A stretch of 64,000 nt of DNA from an uncultured cyanobacterium. Lineage in GTDB: Bacteria > Cyanobacteriota > Cyanobacteriia > PCC-9006 > JAAUQQ01. Where the stretch lies: the NCBI GenBank assembly GCA_963718615.1, contig OY970368.1:3424001-3488000 (forward strand), in the 5' to 3' direction. Positions 50,642-60,123 of the stretch are shown piece by piece. The position numbers and the translations under genes were made by a program. How positions within the stretch are numbered: the first letter of the stretch is position 1; the number at the start of each line of letters is the position of its first letter. Under the pieces are notes generated by a model. It was given only the letters and a program-made list of their open reading frames with translations. It did not search any database and was not told the origin of the DNA.

Positions 50642-52999
50642 TTAATCTCGTTGCCATTCGCGATCCTCCAGTTCTTTTTGGGAGAGGAGGAGCGTAGTTT
50701 CGATTTCTTGGCGAATTGCTGTGGTTACTTCACAGTTACTATTCAAACAATCGAGCAACAATTGATTGGCATCGTAGTAGCGCTGTAGCGTTTGTTGCTG
50801 CTCAGGACTAAACTGCCAGGAATGGTGGAGATTGCGATAGTTGGCGATCGCCTCTTTGAGCTGCTCTAACCAAGCAAAATACTTAATATTCCACCAAGTC
50901 TTAAATTGCTCATGATTCTGGCTAGCTAGAGGTATTTGATCTTTCAATTGCTGTAATGACTGATAAAAGCCAGCATCTAGAACCATAATCAGAATATTAC
51001 TCAAGGCCGAACCACAAGCATTTGCATGGGCAAAGTCCTGACTGTGCTCGATAGTGCAATCTAAGAGCAGCTTCTCTAGGGCAACATCTAAAAGCATTCC
51101 TTGATCAAGGGTACAGGCCAAGGTAAAATGAGCTGCGGTATTCGGGTTTTTAACCAGGCCTAAATAGAAGGCTCGCCTTGTTTCGATTTTAATTTCATCC
51201 GGAACCTGTTGTGATTTTTGGTTAGCCCACCTCAAGAATTCCTGTAGATAGGGATCTTGAGAAACCAAAGCATCAATCTGTTGTTTCATTAACTGTACCA
51301 GCGAGTCTGCGCTCCGAAGCATTGATGCAGTTAGCAAGAAGACTTCATGCCAATGGGGATCGGTGATGTGACTGACGAGTCCACCTAGGGCTTGCTCTAA
51401 GGCCCGAAGGTTATGGCTGGCAACAATCTTGCGAGCGGTGAAGTATTCTTGGAATACAAGATAGGAAAATGAGAAAATGCCTCGTGCTCGTTCAATTAGA
51501 AAACCATGCTGAGCCTCGATCGCTTTGAGAATCGCTTCACTTTCCAGTTGCAGTTCCTCGGGCTCTAAAACTGTGCCGGGTAAATTTTGTAAGTAATCGC
51601 CAATATATTGCTCAATCGTCCGTTGCTCAAAAAAATACTGTCCCTGCTCAAAGGTAACCGCCGCTAGCTGGCTGAGCAGCCTCAGCTTTTGGGGTAATAA
51701 AAATCCTCGATAGACATCATCTCGTTCAACCCCTCTCGCCTCATCCCATTTGCCGAGCAGTAAATCTAACCCCTGTTTGTAAAAGTCAGTTCGTTTCGTT
51801 GGAAACTTGCCTTGGCTATCAAATACCCAACAGGCTAAATGTAAAAATAAAGGAGTGACAACTAATTGGCGAAACTGCCAATTTTCGGGCAAATTCAATT
51901 TCTGTATAAATTGATCAGATAAATTTGGCTGTACTGTGGTTTTAGATATTATGTTTTTAGATACCGTGGTTTTAAGGGTTGTGCTTTTAGTTAATGCCAC
52001 AAACCACTTTTGCGCAAACGTGGCGATTTGGGCCTGGGTAAAGGGCGCAATTTCTACATCGGTAAAGCCTCGCAACTGAAGTTTTTGGGCTGCAGTACGA
52101 CAGGAAACTACAAATCGATTGCGGTGATACTTTTCTGAAAACTTGCGAACTTCTCGGTTCACCGCCCCACTATGCTGACTCAATACTTCATCCATGCCGT
52201 CCAGTAAAAGAAGGACTCGACCGGCTTGCAGGAGGGTTTCCAGTACGGATGAGTCAGTCTCCCCTGAGAAAACTAACATTTGATGAATGGTCTTAAAAAG
52301 ACTAAATTCACCCAGAGAACCACACTCTTCTGCAAACTCTCGCAACCGGATAAAGAAAACGACTTGATCGGCTGCAAATTTACCCTGATTACATTGAATG
52401 GCAAGATGTTGTAGAAATGTAGTTTTCCCTACACCAGGTTTTCCAAGAATTCTCAACTTTGAGTAAGTTTCAACGGCCTCAATCCCTGGGATTTGTTTCT
52501 GCTCAATCGCTCCGAGGCCAACGCGGTCGAACTCAGTGGGTTCTAAATTTTGTAAATCAGCAATTTCCAACCATTGTTGACTAGCAATTTCTTCTAAAAT
52601 GTTCACATCTACATAGATGTCATCTAGGCTGACTGGGTGGCTGATGTCCAGCAGTTGTAAAATGCCGCACTGGTTTTGAATGGTCTCTCGGTGTTGCGAT
52701 CGCACCTGTTCAACCAACGCATCAAGACTGAGATGAGCGGTGTTAACCGCCTCTCCAGGTTCAGGAAATTCCGCAGGTGGATGCTCCGCAATCTCTCGCC
52801 AATCCAAATCTAGAATGGAACAAACTTCTATGAACACCTGGCGATCGACCGGTCGTCCTGTAAACAGTCGCCAAATGGGTTGACGGGTCTTGAGATTGAC
52901 TTCTCCCGCCAGATTGTCTTGAGTCCATCCCTTAAGCGAGAAAGCTCGTTTAGCCCGTTGAATACCAGCGGGAGAGGCTTGAAGAGATCGCTTGACCAT
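50642..52999 (-). CDS. NACHT-domain STAND NTPase with N-terminal HTH-like domain and C-terminal helical domain
   Basis: WTQDNLAGEV...F.EVCSILDLDW N-terminus, Walker A GKPGVGKTT, Walker B LLLDGMDEV, VSCR, TPLFL, FSYLVFQEYFTA, WHEV, C-terminal YYDANQLLLDCL. Confidence 0.9.
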   Translation of the reverse strand: MVKRSLQASPAGIQRAKRAFSLKGWTQDNLAGEVNLKTRQPIWRLFTGRPVDRQVFIEVCSILDLDWREIAEHPPAEFPEPGEAVNTAHLSLDALVEQVRSQHRETIQNQCGILQLLDISHPVSLDDIYVDVNILEEIASQQWLEIADLQNLEPTEFDRVGLGAIEQKQIPGIEAVETYSKLRILGKPGVGKTTFLQHLAIQCNQGKFAADQVVFFIRLREFAEECGSLGEFSLFKTIHQMLVFSGETDSSVLETLLQAGRVLLLLDGMDEVLSQHSGAVNREVRKFSEKYHRNRFVVSCRTAAQKLQLRGFTDVEIAPFTQAQIATFAQKWFVALTKSTTLKTTVSKNIISKTTVQPNLSDQFIQKLNLPENWQFRQLVVTPLFLHLACWVFDSQGKFPTKRTDFYKQGLDLLLGKWDEARGVERDDVYRGFLLPQKLRLLSQLAAVTFEQGQYFFEQRTIEQYIGDYLQNLPGTVLEPEELQLESEAILKAIEAQHGFLIERARGIFSFSYLVFQEYFTARKIVASHNLRALEQALGGLVSHITDPHWHEVFLLTASMLRSADSLVQLMKQQIDALVSQDPYLQEFLRWANQKSQQVPDEIKIETRRAFYLGLVKNPNTAAHFTLACTLDQGMLLDVALEKLLLDCTIEHSQDFAHANACGSALSNILIMVLDAGFYQSLQQLKDQIPLASQNHEQFKTWWNIKYFAWLEQLKEAIANYRNLHHSWQFSPEQQQTLQRYYDANQLLLDCLNSNCEVTTAIRQEIETTLLLSQKELEDREWQRD

Positions 53000-53544
53000 A
53001 AAACAAAAAGCTCATCATGGAAGACTCAAAAGTTAAACTTTTATAACCGTCAGGATTTCATACTCTTTTCTCCCCTATAATAACCCTCTTTTGTCTTCAG
53101 CGAAGACTATCCAGTTTTTTGCTTCCGTAGTTTCCCGTTTAGCCCCAGGGAATCATCGCGATCGATCACGGCACAATAAGGTCTTCAGCTATTATGGCCT
53201 GTTTTAATCAAGGAGAATTGAAACGCTTCTTTGCTCTAGAAAGTAAGGTTTGATGTTATGGCTTTGTGCGATATCGCGCATTTAGGAACTTTATTGTTAG
53301 TCAACTATTAGCAAACAAAATTTATGAATGTGTAGGCAGTCAAAGAATGTCTGAATTGAATTGGATTTGTATTGAATTGTATAAAAGTTGAATTGCGCCA
53401 ATCTGCATCGCTGTTGGTCAGGGAGTCTCCTATTCCTAGCCAATCCGGTAGCCTTGGCCTAGGGCCATCGAAACACCTATCCCGTGACTGTGCTTGATAT
53501 TTTTCTGGAGACTCCCTTAGTACCATCATCAGGCTTAACCGTTG

Positions 53545-53589
53545 ATATTACATTCAGGAATATTACATTCGGGAATATTACATTCGGGT
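53545..53589. repeat. 15-bp triplication spanning the frp stop codon
   Basis: ATATTACATTC(A/G)GG(A/T) x3. Confidence 0.85.
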
Positions 53590-53904
53590 CAGCGCTGATA
53601 TTTTCTTGATTTTCTCGTGACTCAAGCCTTCTAGATCGGCTAAACTCAGCCATCCCTCTTGAACCAACTGAGCAAAAACAAACAACAGAGCTGATTCTCG
53701 ACCATCGTATTTCCCATCCAAGCCATGGCGCTGAATACTAAGAAAATCATGAAGTTTCCACAGGTCATCCACCAAGCGTAGCTCCCCAACCTTGCCTTGT
53801 ACCTCTGCAATCAGGGCTTGCACTTCGCGCTCATAGGCTTGCTCAAAAGCGATTTTGGCCACCTGCTGTTCCGTCTCAGACCATTCAATACTTGTCACTT
53901 GCAT
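53578..53904 (-). CDS. frp: Fluorescence recovery protein
   Basis: WSETEQQVA..AYERE..LWKLHDFLS..RH..DGKYD.R.S.L.FVFA.L..EGWL; downstream of ocp. Confidence 0.9.
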   Translation of the reverse strand: MQVTSIEWSETEQQVAKIAFEQAYEREVQALIAEVQGKVGELRLVDDLWKLHDFLSIQRHGLDGKYDGRESALLFVFAQLVQEGWLSLADLEGLSHEKIKKISALTRM

Positions 53905-54027
53905 GTTTTCTGCCAACGTTCAGAACAGGGACGATTTCTGGGAAATAATCCATATTCTTAAAATTATAATAAGTTTTGTCTCAGAAACCTAGAATTTTCT
54001 CATAATTTATTGAGTTAACGACTGAGT

Positions 54028-54885
54028 TCACTTGGAGGGACTCTCAATACCCTTGCGTGCTCCCCTGCGTGCTCCCCTTGTGCGCTGTTGAGGGAGTAAA
54101 TACCAGGGGGTTTGGGGAAAGGTGTGGTGCTCCCAATGGTATTCACCCAGGTGATAGCAACTGAGGACTGAACAGATCTGTTGTAAAGCATTGGGGGGAG
54201 GGCGATCGCCAGGCTGCAAAAGTGGCCCTCGGTGGGGCAAATAGGTGCCAAACCAAAAGAGTTGAATGGAGCTCAACGCCAATGGCAGTAGTCCAAACAA
54301 CAAGAGATTGAAGCGCGAAAGCTGAAATAGATAAGGTCCGAACAGCAGGAGACTACCCCAGGTCAGCCCAAACCCCAGACCATTGCGCCAGGACCAGTAG
54401 TTTCCCAAAAAATGGAGATACCAGCCGAAGGGCTGTCCAGGGTCTCCAGGATGAAAATCTGGATCACCCACCTGGGCCGGGGTCCGGTGATGTTGGCTGT
54501 GGTTGACACAACAGAGGTGATAGTTCAATCCGGCATACAGACCCACCAAAAGCTGACCGAGGTGATGGTTAAGGCGCTTGTCCTGGGGAATCAGGCTGCC
54601 ATGCATGGCGTCATGGGCCAAGACAAACAGGCCCGTTTGGACGAGGGTACGACCCAGAATTGCCAGGAAAATATCCCCCCACTGGAGCCCTTGCTGCCAA
54701 GTTCGAGGCAAGCCGGGGGGCAAAGTCCAGCCCAGGCAGCAGACCCAGGTAATGCCCCAACTGGCAATCAACAGCAATACCAAGCATGCGCCCCAAGCAC
54801 TCTTGAGTCGTGAGGACTGAGATGAATTCTGGAATGTGTTTCCAGGTAATTTTCGGGGCGAAGAGCGTGATGGTGACACAACCAT
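54028..54885 (-). CDS. crtW: Beta-carotene ketolase (CrtW type)
   Basis: His boxes TGLFVLAHDAMHG, HSQHH..DPDF, LFWFGTYLPH, YHWEHH..P.TPW; lies between ocp and frp. Confidence 0.85.
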   Translation of the reverse strand: MVVSPSRSSPRKLPGNTFQNSSQSSRLKSAWGACLVLLLIASWGITWVCCLGWTLPPGLPRTWQQGLQWGDIFLAILGRTLVQTGLFVLAHDAMHGSLIPQDKRLNHHLGQLLVGLYAGLNYHLCCVNHSQHHRTPAQVGDPDFHPGDPGQPFGWYLHFLGNYWSWRNGLGFGLTWGSLLLFGPYLFQLSRFNLLLFGLLPLALSSIQLFWFGTYLPHRGPLLQPGDRPPPNALQQICSVLSCYHLGEYHWEHHTFPQTPWYLLPQQRTRGARRGARKGIESPSK

Positions 54886-55001
54886 ATAGAAAGCGCCCTC
54901 TCGGAGAGCGCCTTACAGTGGAGACGAGGGCGATCGCAATGCTTAAGCACGATCCCCGTCCAACGGAATAAAATCAACGCGGCCGATGGGAGAAGAGCAG
55001 A

Positions 55002-55961
55002 TTAGCGCACCAACTTGAGGAGTTCCTTAGGAGAAGCCAACAGGTCGATCGCCACGAAGAAGATCTTATTGTCTGGCGTCAAGAGAAAGCGCCAAGCCAT
55101 ATTCATGCCCACTCCAGCGCCAAACCAAGGCGTTTGGACCCGACCCGTGACTTTGATCTGAGTAAACCCATCGTCAACCTCTTCTGCTACTCCCCGTTCC
55201 GGAATAAGCTTGAGGTTCTGGCAGTCTTCCCGGAAGAAGCGCAAAACCGCATCGGTTCCCACAATGGGGCGCTGAAAGGGGGGCTGGAGTGCGCCATCGG
55301 GGGTAAACAGCTTGATCAATTCGTCGAAGTCATTAGCGTTGAGATAGTTCATATAGCTAATCACCGTCGGGTTATCGATATCTTGGATCGATACACTTGT
55401 CCGTTGTGCCATATCTACAGGAACGACCACGGGCTCAGACACCCGCTGAGCCCCATCCAATTTGGCAGGGTCGTAGCCCATATCGACGACAGCATTGCGC
55501 AGCACGGTGATTTGCTGACCCGGATCCAACTCACGAATCGCGGCCAACACCGCCGTCGCATTGGCGGAAAGGCTATACCCCGTAGGAATCGGGGCAACCA
55601 AACCCTGATCCATCCAAACCCCCAGTTGGTACCAGAATCCCAGTTTGATATTGGCAGACCAAATAGCGTAGGTGCGACAAATTTCAGTATCGGTATGGTT
55701 AGCCAAGTCGCACATGACCTGGGTTTGCTCCCCAAAGGGCATTGCTTTGATCTGATTGAGGACGCCTTCTGCAAACTGCATACTGGCAGCTCCCGGTGCA
55801 GCGATGGTAATGCTAGTTCCCATTTCCAGGTAGGCAAACCAGATTAAGGCGAGCTGATCTTCGGTATTGAGCTGGCTAAAACGAGCGATAGTTGCGGGGA
55901 CAACATCTGCCGATAGGGTATCGGGAAAAATGCCACGAGCAGATTCGATGGTAAACGGCAT
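55002..55961 (-). CDS. ocp: Orange carotenoid protein
   Basis: MPFTIESARGIFPDTL..EDQLALIWFAYLEMG, KLGFWY, QQITVLRNAV, VQTPWFG, AIDLLASPKELL. Confidence 0.97.
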   Translation of the reverse strand: MPFTIESARGIFPDTLSADVVPATIARFSQLNTEDQLALIWFAYLEMGTSITIAAPGAASMQFAEGVLNQIKAMPFGEQTQVMCDLANHTDTEICRTYAIWSANIKLGFWYQLGVWMDQGLVAPIPTGYSLSANATAVLAAIRELDPGQQITVLRNAVVDMGYDPAKLDGAQRVSEPVVVPVDMAQRTSVSIQDIDNPTVISYMNYLNANDFDELIKLFTPDGALQPPFQRPIVGTDAVLRFFREDCQNLKLIPERGVAEEVDDGFTQIKVTGRVQTPWFGAGVGMNMAWRFLLTPDNKIFFVAIDLLASPKELLKLVR

Positions 55962-56014
55962 AGTTAGAACCTCATGGCCTGATACTCAACGTTTGCTCTT
56001 TCAGCATATTGCCT

Positions 56015-56042
56015 ACTGTAAACTTATGCAAATAAATGCAAC
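56015..56042 (-). promoter_or_regulatory. HLR1-like repeats upstream of ocp
   Basis: Minus strand GTTGCATT-ta-TTTGCATA-ag-TTTACAGT with a 10-nt period. Confidence 0.45.
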
Positions 56043-56222
56043 AAAAAGCAAAAAATAATTGACTATTCTTGGGATAGGCCAGTATCTATGGTTCAGCAGT
56101 CGTTGCCCATTGCTTGCTCTATCGATACGAGAGTCTCCCTTGGCGTGATCTGCCTTTGTTTTCTGCGAATCCGTTTAGAATTGCCTTAAGGCTCTCTACC
56201 TCCCATAGACTGGTCGCTGATT

Positions 56223-56756
56223 GTGCTTGAATTTTCCCCCCCGGATTCCCTAGGGCGTTTGCGCCGTCACCTGTCACATCTTTTCCTCGTTTTGCTGCTG
56301 GCGGGGCTTTGGGTGTTGCTGGCTACCCAACCCGCGATCGCCACAAGTTGGACGTTGGATTATACCTACGCTGACCTTGCCGACCAGGTCTTTGACAATC
56401 AGGATCTGCACGCGGCTAGTTTTGCCGGGGCCAATGCTCGACGGGCAAGCTTCCACAATGCCAATTTACAGAGTGCCATTTTGACCCAGGGGATCTTTCC
56501 CGAAGCAGATTTTACTGGGGCGGATTTGAGCAATACCCTAGCTGATCGCGTCACCTGGGAAGGCAGTAATTTAACGAATGCGATTTTGACGGGAATGACG
56601 GCCACCAGCACGAGTTTTTATCAGGTCGAAATCGCGGGGGCTGATTTTAGCGATGCGATTCTCGATCGCTACCAAACTGCAAAGCTCTGTGAGCGTGCCC
56701 AGGGGACAAACCCGGTGACGGGCGTGAGCACTCGCGATAGCTTGGGCTGTCCTTAG
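56223..56756 (+). CDS. Secreted/lumenal pentapeptide repeat protein
   Basis: Signal peptide, A(D/N)LxxA repeats, C-terminal [21 protein letters not shown]. Confidence 0.9.
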   Translation: MLEFSPPDSLGRLRRHLSHLFLVLLLAGLWVLLATQPAIATSWTLDYTYADLADQVFDNQDLHAASFAGANARRASFHNANLQSAILTQGIFPEADFTGADLSNTLADRVTWEGSNLTNAILTGMTATSTSFYQVEIAGADFSDAILDRYQTAKLCERAQGTNPVTGVSTRDSLGCP

Positions 56757-56778
56757 GCCAGCAGACTCAGCCGATAAA

Positions 56779-57489
56779 CTAAGCCAGTAAACTAGAATTC
56801 GCTAACGCCCAGTTCCGTAGGGGTTCCCACAGCAATACTTCGTCGAGGATTGTGGCGTAGCCCAGGGAATTGGGATGGAGACCATCGGCGCAGAGGCGAT
56901 CGCCAATCCACTCAGGATCATGGCTCATCCAAGCCGCAAAAATATCCAAATAGGGCACCTGCCGCGCGGCACAAGCCAAACGGGTGGCTTCTTTGTAGTG
57001 TTCTTGGTCGGCGTGGTTGTAGTAAAGGCAATCTAAAAACGGCATTTTGGCCTCATCTACGGGGGTCATGCCGATAAAGTAAACCTGGGTTGCTAGGCGT
57101 TGGGCCTGTTCGATCAGATGGGCGATCGCAGCTTCAAATGCTTCAAATCCTGTAAAATTTCGTCCACCGCTATGGCCCAACCGGGCAGAGTCGTTAGTCC
57201 CCACAGAAAGCAAAATCGCCTCCGGCAGACGGTTACGTAATTCGCCTCGGCGGGAAAATTCGGCCTCTAGTCGTTGGGTCACCTGCTTCACCCCATCCCC
57301 GCGCACGCCAAGATTGTAAATCACCGGGCCATCGGCCCCCATCCAGCGACGGCGCAAGCCCTCTACCCAGCCACCATTCTCCGGATCGCCGTAGCCATAG
57401 ACCGTGCTATCGCCCAGGGCAATCAGCTTGGGCGGCTGCACCAAGGGCGGAACCGGCGACGCAAAGGCGGGGGAATAGGCAGTTTGCAT
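56779..57489 (-). CDS. GDSL/SGNH hydrolase
   Basis: ALGDSTVYG, NLGVRGD, VGTND, DGLHPN. Confidence 0.92.
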   Translation of the reverse strand: MQTAYSPAFASPVPPLVQPPKLIALGDSTVYGYGDPENGGWVEGLRRRWMGADGPVIYNLGVRGDGVKQVTQRLEAEFSRRGELRNRLPEAILLSVGTNDSARLGHSGGRNFTGFEAFEAAIAHLIEQAQRLATQVYFIGMTPVDEAKMPFLDCLYYNHADQEHYKEATRLACAARQVPYLDIFAAWMSHDPEWIGDRLCADGLHPNSLGYATILDEVLLWEPLRNWALANSSLLA

Positions 57490-57536
57490 AGCAAAGTTCA
57501 GTTAAATTCTCTTGAATCTAACACTCTTGTCTTTTC

Positions 57537-57554
57537 GTTGCAATCCGTTACATT
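57537..57554 (+). promoter_or_regulatory. HLR1-like site between the GDSL gene and ftsH
   Basis: GTTGCAAT-cc-GTTACATT. Confidence 0.5.
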
Positions 57555-57706
57555 CACCCGGTTCGAGGGAATCTGTCAAGGGCTGATCTCCGATGGCCAA
57601 ACTCAGTCAAGAGAGGGAAATCTCCGCCTCTGAGGGCAGACCCTGAATCCGAACCAGATTTTAAGATAAAGGCATTACAGCCTAGTCGAGCCTTGAACGG
57701 AAGCAT

Positions 57707-59590
57707 ATGCCAATCAAAGACGATTCTCAAAAACCCCGTCGGTTCCAACTCGGCAATCTGCTCCTGCTATTGTCGGGCTTGATTCTCGTGGCCAACATTG
57801 TTTTGCCGAGTATTCTGGGACCTGCGATTCCTCGGGTGCCCTACAGCATGTTTATTGACCAGGTCAATGACGGCAAGGTAACGCGGGCCTCGGTGAGTCA
57901 GGAAGAAATCCGTTATCAACTCAAGACCGAAAATAGCGAAGACGCGCCTCAGGTCTTTAGCACCACGCCGATTTTTGACCTAGAACTGCCTCAGCGCCTC
58001 GAAGACCACGGTGTGGAATTTGCCGCGCCGCCGCCGCCCCAAAACCGCTGGTTCACAACGCTCCTGGGCTGGGTTCTGCCGCCCGTGATCTTTGTGGCGA
58101 TTTTCCAGTTCTTCGCCGCGCGTCGGGGGGGCATGGGAGGTCAGCAGGGAGCGCTGTCGTTTATGCGCAGTAAGGCCAAGGTCTATGTGGAAGGCAGCGA
58201 CACCAAGACCACCTTTAAGGATGTAGCCGGGGTCGAAGAGGCCAAGGTTGAGTTGACGGAAATCGTCGAGTTTTTGAAATCGCCCCAACGCTTTTTGGAG
58301 ATTGGCGCGCGCATTCCTAAAGGGGTGCTTTTGGTTGGCCCGCCGGGAACCGGCAAAACTCTCCTGGCCAAAGCCGTGGCCGGGGAAGCCGGGGTGCCGT
58401 TTTTCTCAATTTCCGGTTCGGAGTTTGTCGAACTGTTTGTGGGAGCCGGTGCGGCACGGGTGCGGGATCTGTTTGAGCAGGCCAAGAAAAAAGCCCCCTG
58501 TATCATCTTTATTGACGAGCTGGATGCCATTGGTAAATCCCGCGCCAGCAACGGTATGTTCGGCGGCAACGATGAGCGGGAGCAAACCCTCAACCAGTTG
58601 TTGACCGAAATGGATGGCTTTGCCGCAGGCGGGGCCACGGTGATTGTGTTGGCCGCGACCAACCGACCAGAATCCCTAGACGCGGCACTGCTACGACCGG
58701 GCCGATTTGATCGGCAGGTGCTGGTGGATCGCCCGGATCTCTCAGGTCGGGAAGAAATTCTCAAGATCTATGCTCAGAAGGTGAAGCTGGAGCCGGAAGT
58801 GGATCTCCATGCGATCGCCACCCGCACCCCCGGTTTCGCCGGAGCTGACCTAGCTAACCTGGTGAATGAAGCCGCTCTTCTGGCGGCCCGTGCCCAACGG
58901 CTCAAGGTGGCCCAAGCGGACTTTAATGAGGCGATCGAGCGGGTCGTTGCGGGTCTAGAGAAAAAGAGCCGCGTCCTCAACGAAAAGGAAAAAACCATCG
59001 TCGCCTACCACGAAGTCGGCCATGCCCTCGTCGGTTCGCTGATGCCGGGGGGAAGCAAAGTCGCCAAGATCTCCATCGTGCCTCGGGGCATGGCGGCCCT
59101 GGGCTATACCCTCCAACTGCCGACGGAAGATCGTTTTCTCATGAGTGAGGAGGAACTGCGCGGACAAATTGCCACGCTCCTGGGGGGTCGCACCGCCGAA
59201 GAGATTGTCTTTGGCAGCATCACCACTGGAGCCGCCAACGACTTGCAGCGGGCCACGGACCTGGCCGAGCGCATGGTCACCACCTATGGAATGAGTAAAG
59301 TTCTAGGACCCTTGGCCTACGAGAAAGGCAGCCAAAACGCCTTCCTAGGGCAAGACGGCATGATGATGAACCCTCGTCGCATGGTCAGCGATGACACGGC
59401 CCAGGCGATCGATGCTGAGGTCAAGGAGATCGTCGAAAGAGCCCATGACCAAGCGCGGTCAATCCTGAAGGAGAATCGCGATCTGCTGGAGCAAATCTCC
59501 CAGAAGATCCTGGAAACTGAAGTGATTGAAGGTGATGAGCTGCAAACTTGGCTGAAACAGGCGGCTTTGCCGGAAGCAGTGACGGCCTAG
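57707..59590 (+). CDS. ftsH: ATP-dependent zinc metalloprotease FtsH (FtsH4-like)
   Basis: Two TMs, [41 protein letters not shown]. Confidence 0.97.
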   Translation: MPIKDDSQKPRRFQLGNLLLLLSGLILVANIVLPSILGPAIPRVPYSMFIDQVNDGKVTRASVSQEEIRYQLKTENSEDAPQVFSTTPIFDLELPQRLEDHGVEFAAPPPPQNRWFTTLLGWVLPPVIFVAIFQFFAARRGGMGGQQGALSFMRSKAKVYVEGSDTKTTFKDVAGVEEAKVELTEIVEFLKSPQRFLEIGARIPKGVLLVGPPGTGKTLLAKAVAGEAGVPFFSISGSEFVELFVGAGAARVRDLFEQAKKKAPCIIFIDELDAIGKSRASNGMFGGNDEREQTLNQLLTEMDGFAAGGATVIVLAATNRPESLDAALLRPGRFDRQVLVDRPDLSGREEILKIYAQKVKLEPEVDLHAIATRTPGFAGADLANLVNEAALLAARAQRLKVAQADFNEAIERVVAGLEKKSRVLNEKEKTIVAYHEVGHALVGSLMPGGSKVAKISIVPRGMAALGYTLQLPTEDRFLMSEEELRGQIATLLGGRTAEEIVFGSITTGAANDLQRATDLAERMVTTYGMSKVLGPLAYEKGSQNAFLGQDGMMMNPRRMVSDDTAQAIDAEVKEIVERAHDQARSILKENRDLLEQISQKILETEVIEGDELQTWLKQAALPEAVTA

Positions 59591-59664
59591 GCTGGGGGAG
59601 GTGAATTACTTGCCTAATTTTCAAGGTTGCTTTCGTTACGGTTAAATCAATTCAGTTTTTTACT

Positions 59665-59700
59665 AATGGGACGAGTCTGCTGGGCTTATCCCATTTTTTT
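59665..59700 (+). terminator. Intrinsic terminator after ftsH
   Basis: AATGGGACGAGTC...GGCTTATCCCATT hairpin plus T-run. Confidence 0.7.
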
Positions 59701-60123
59701 GATACTAAATTTCCATGTTCACGGATTGTCTGAGGGTTAATCACAATCATCAAGACAGCCGTAATTTACTTATAATTTCATTGTTTTACCCCTAGAAAAG
59801 CCAGTTCAAAAGCCTGTGTTTAGAAACTGCAAGAATGTAGCGTTTGAGGCGATCGCCCACTCTCACGTAACCCAGGCAAATCCGCGATTTCACAGCACTA
59901 TTCGGCAATAAATTAATTAATTTATACAGAACCATTTTCTTTTATTTAATTTCATAAAAACCCCTTCCAAAGCTTTTTCCTGATGCCAAGGGGGGCGATC
60001 GAAAAACTGTAGGTAAGGTCTCCAGCTTTCTCATATTTTGAGGTTCTCTGGGGATTCTGGATTTTTCCAGCGATTTCTAGAGTCACCCAACCACTCAGGC
60101 GATCATCCGCGACTAAATCCTGC

